A DNA stretch of 64,000 nt from NCBI GenBank assembly GCA_965243205.1, contig CBDEUK010000002.1, positions 1,056,001 through 1,120,000 on the forward strand, in the 5' to 3' direction. The DNA is from Gammaproteobacteria bacterium. Its GTDB lineage: Bacteria > Pseudomonadota > Gammaproteobacteria > Eutrophobiales > Eutrophobiaceae. Both the position numbers and the translations under genes were made by a program. This document shows positions 61,939 to 64,000 of this stretch, piece after piece (positions within the stretch are counted from its first letter, which is position 1; every line of letters begins with the position of its first letter). The notes below the pieces were generated by a model. It was not told where the DNA came from and ran no database searches. It worked only from the letters and a program-made list of their open reading frames with translations.

Positions 61939-62063
61939 TTATCTCTCTAATTTAATAATTTGCCTGAGTATACATCAGAGCTCCATTAAATAAGATCATG
62001 GATTTTAAAAATATTTGCTTTAAGATCCGCTGCATTTTTGCTGATGTCCTTCTGGAGAACTTC

Positions 62064-63083
62064 ATGTATCACCCAATTTTAAAAAATTATTTTTTATTAG
62101 GCTGTCTATTATTGATTAGCTTTAATAGCTTTGCTGATGTGATTATCTTAAAAAATGGCGACCGACTTAGCGGCACAATAAAAAACAAACTGGGCGATAA
62201 AGTTCTTTTTGAAAGCAGCTATTTAGGCGAGGTCAATATTCCTTGGTCTGAAGTCGTTTCGTTAACTTCTGATAAAGACTTAAGAATACAATTAAGTGAT
62301 AAAGTAATTACAGGAACATCTATCAAATCTGAAGATGGCACAATAAAGCTTGCCGCCGATGAGTTATTTGAAACCAAAGCGATTCCTCTAGCTGAAATTG
62401 CAGCCATTAACCCGCCTCAACACGATGGGAAAGTAAAACTTAAAGGTAATGCTAACCTAGGTGGCGCTGTTTATGATGGAAACACCGATAGAAAATCTTT
62501 ACATATTGACGCAGAACTCATAGCACGTTCATTAAACAATCGTATTACCTTAGGCGGTGCTTATAACTATGGAGAAGATACTGGCTCAGAGTCAACAAAT
62601 AATGCAATTGTGTACAGCAAGTACGATCATTTCTTCACCGAAAAATGGTACGGCTATGCCAATACCACTTTTGAAACCGATAAATTTCAAGACCTAAAAC
62701 TACGTTCATCACTGGGTGGTGGTATGGGTTATCAGTTTATTGAAAATGAACGTACTCAATTATCACTAGAAGGTGGTGTCAGTTATGTAAATGAGGATTT
62801 TATATCTGCAGCTAGTAATTCATTTGCTGCAGGCCGTTGGGCGTTTCGCTTCGACCATTGGTTACTCGTAGAGATGTTGCAGTTCTTCCATCATCATGAG
62901 GGTTTGTTATCGTTCGATGATGTAAATGATGTGTATGTACGCACACGTACTGGTTTAAGGTTGCCTTTATTTCATGGCTTAGCCATTACGGCCGAAGTCG
63001 ATGTAGATTACGATAATGTTCCAGCACCTGGTAACCAAGAAACAGATACAGCTTACTTATTGAATATTGGATATGGATTCTAA
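62064..63083 (+). CDS. DUF481/YdiY-like outer membrane beta-barrel
   Basis: Signal peptide, LKNGDRLSG, DGNTD, amphipathic strands, C-terminal IGYGF; GGAG RBS at 62064. Confidence 0.82.
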   Translation: MYHPILKNYFLLGCLLLISFNSFADVIILKNGDRLSGTIKNKLGDKVLFESSYLGEVNIPWSEVVSLTSDKDLRIQLSDKVITGTSIKSEDGTIKLAADELFETKAIPLAEIAAINPPQHDGKVKLKGNANLGGAVYDGNTDRKSLHIDAELIARSLNNRITLGGAYNYGEDTGSESTNNAIVYSKYDHFFTEKWYGYANTTFETDKFQDLKLRSSLGGGMGYQFIENERTQLSLEGGVSYVNEDFISAASNSFAAGRWAFRFDHWLLVEMLQFFHHHEGLLSFDDVNDVYVRTRTGLRLPLFHGLAITAEVDVDYDNVPAPGNQETDTAYLLNIGYGF

Positions 63084-63087
63084 TTTT

Positions 63088-63618
63088 TTAATCCGTTTTC
63101 GAAGCTGATTGCAAACGTTCATAATCAATATACTGTTCCATTTCCTTTTGCGCATAAACCTGTTGATTATGAAAGATGCGTTGTTTTTCAACTAACATTT
63201 TTAAATGCTTTTCAGCTTCTTGATTACCATTCTCATAAGCTACGTAGTACCACTTATAGGCTTCTATATGGTCTTTCGATTCTTTGGCTAACTCTTCTAT
63301 AACTAACGCATAGTTTAATTGAGCACCTGGATGTTTTTGTTTTGCAGCCTTTTCAAACCATATACCCGCTTTTTGTAAATCCCGTTTACCAACCAGACCT
63401 AAATAATGCATTAATCCTAAATAAGCTTGGGCATCGGCCTCGCCAGCTTTTGCACGTGGTTTAAATAACTCATATGCCTTTTCATAATTATGACTCTGAA
63501 AATAATCCTCAGCAGTTTTGTTACTACCTCCACAAGAAGCTAAAGAGACTATTATCAATAGATAGATAGACTGAAATAAACTGTTGAGTTTATTCAGGCT
63601 CATCTTCTTCATCTTCAA
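63088..63618 (-). CDS. Sel1-repeat lipoprotein
   Basis: Lipobox LASC; AQAYLGLMHYLG, AYKWY. Confidence 0.82.
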   Translation of the reverse strand: MKMKKMSLNKLNSLFQSIYLLIIVSLASCGGSNKTAEDYFQSHNYEKAYELFKPRAKAGEADAQAYLGLMHYLGLVGKRDLQKAGIWFEKAAKQKHPGAQLNYALVIEELAKESKDHIEAYKWYYVAYENGNQEAEKHLKMLVEKQRIFHNQQVYAQKEMEQYIDYERLQSASKTD

Positions 63619-64000
63619 ACTCTACGAGTTCGAATAACTCTTCTTGTGACGATAAATAATCATCTAAACTTAAGTCGCTTTGAAACTTAAACATGGGTGG
63701 TTGTAAGTTGTTCATATAATCGGCTCTTCGATCATATGAATCATATTCAAAATAATATATTCCATAAAAGAACGCCAAGATAGCTCCACTCATGAGGCAA
63801 GCTGCGCGTAATGGCTTTCGTAAATTCGTCGCTATGGAATAATTAAAATACAATAATATTGCCATAGTGAAAAAGCCTAAGCTCCAATTCAATATAGTCT
63901 CTAATGTTTGGCTATTCGTAATATACGAAATTGGTCCAAAGATTATCTCAACCACACTCGCCAATAAAAAAACTAAGGAAGTTCCCGTAAATTGAATAAT
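63590..64000 (-). CDS. Membrane protein, 3' part (continues beyond window)
   Basis: Frame open from 64000 to the stop at 63590; several TM segments. Confidence 0.65.
   Translation of the reverse strand: MIQFTGTSLVFLLASVVEIIFGPISYITNSQTLETILNWSLGFFTMAILLYFNYSIATNLRKPLRAACLMSGAILAFFYGIYYFEYDSYDRRADYMNNLQPPMFKFQSDLSLDDYLSSQEELFELVEFEDEEDEPE

Overview
Chromosomal segment of an AT-rich gammaproteobacterium, inferred from the leuB-asd-fimV-truA-trpFBA-accD-folC-dedD-cvpA-purF-metZ and carAB-greA-rlmE-ftsH-glmM gene orders. The left end (1-5.6 kb) is a defence island. It holds an Ec67-like retron (msr-msd ncRNA with 13-bp a1/a2 repeats plus an RT-TOPRIM fusion), a HEPN-like gene directly downstream that the ORF track misses, and a divergent HTH-Dcm/Vsr/EcoRII-like restriction-modification operon. 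A compact serine-cycle operon follows (mcl-mtkA-mtkB-hpr-ppc-sga) with a structured leader. metZ is preceded by a SAM-II-like riboswitch wired to a terminator/antiterminator and by GGA-loop hairpins. A degenerate Amt and a membrane-anchored Ser/Thr kinase are inserted between purF and metZ. Other accessory items: a Fur-boxed pair of small ORFs; a type I secretion/efflux trio with an apparently dead ATPase; an inverted-repeat-bounded orphan cassette beside a tyrosine-transposase stub; a minimal PEP-CTERM protein; a kinase-Sel1 protein; an inverted pair of GGA-loop structured repeats; and a sigma54/IHF promoter ahead of an unannotated 50-codon ORF. All calls are from motif reading by eye; no searches were run.
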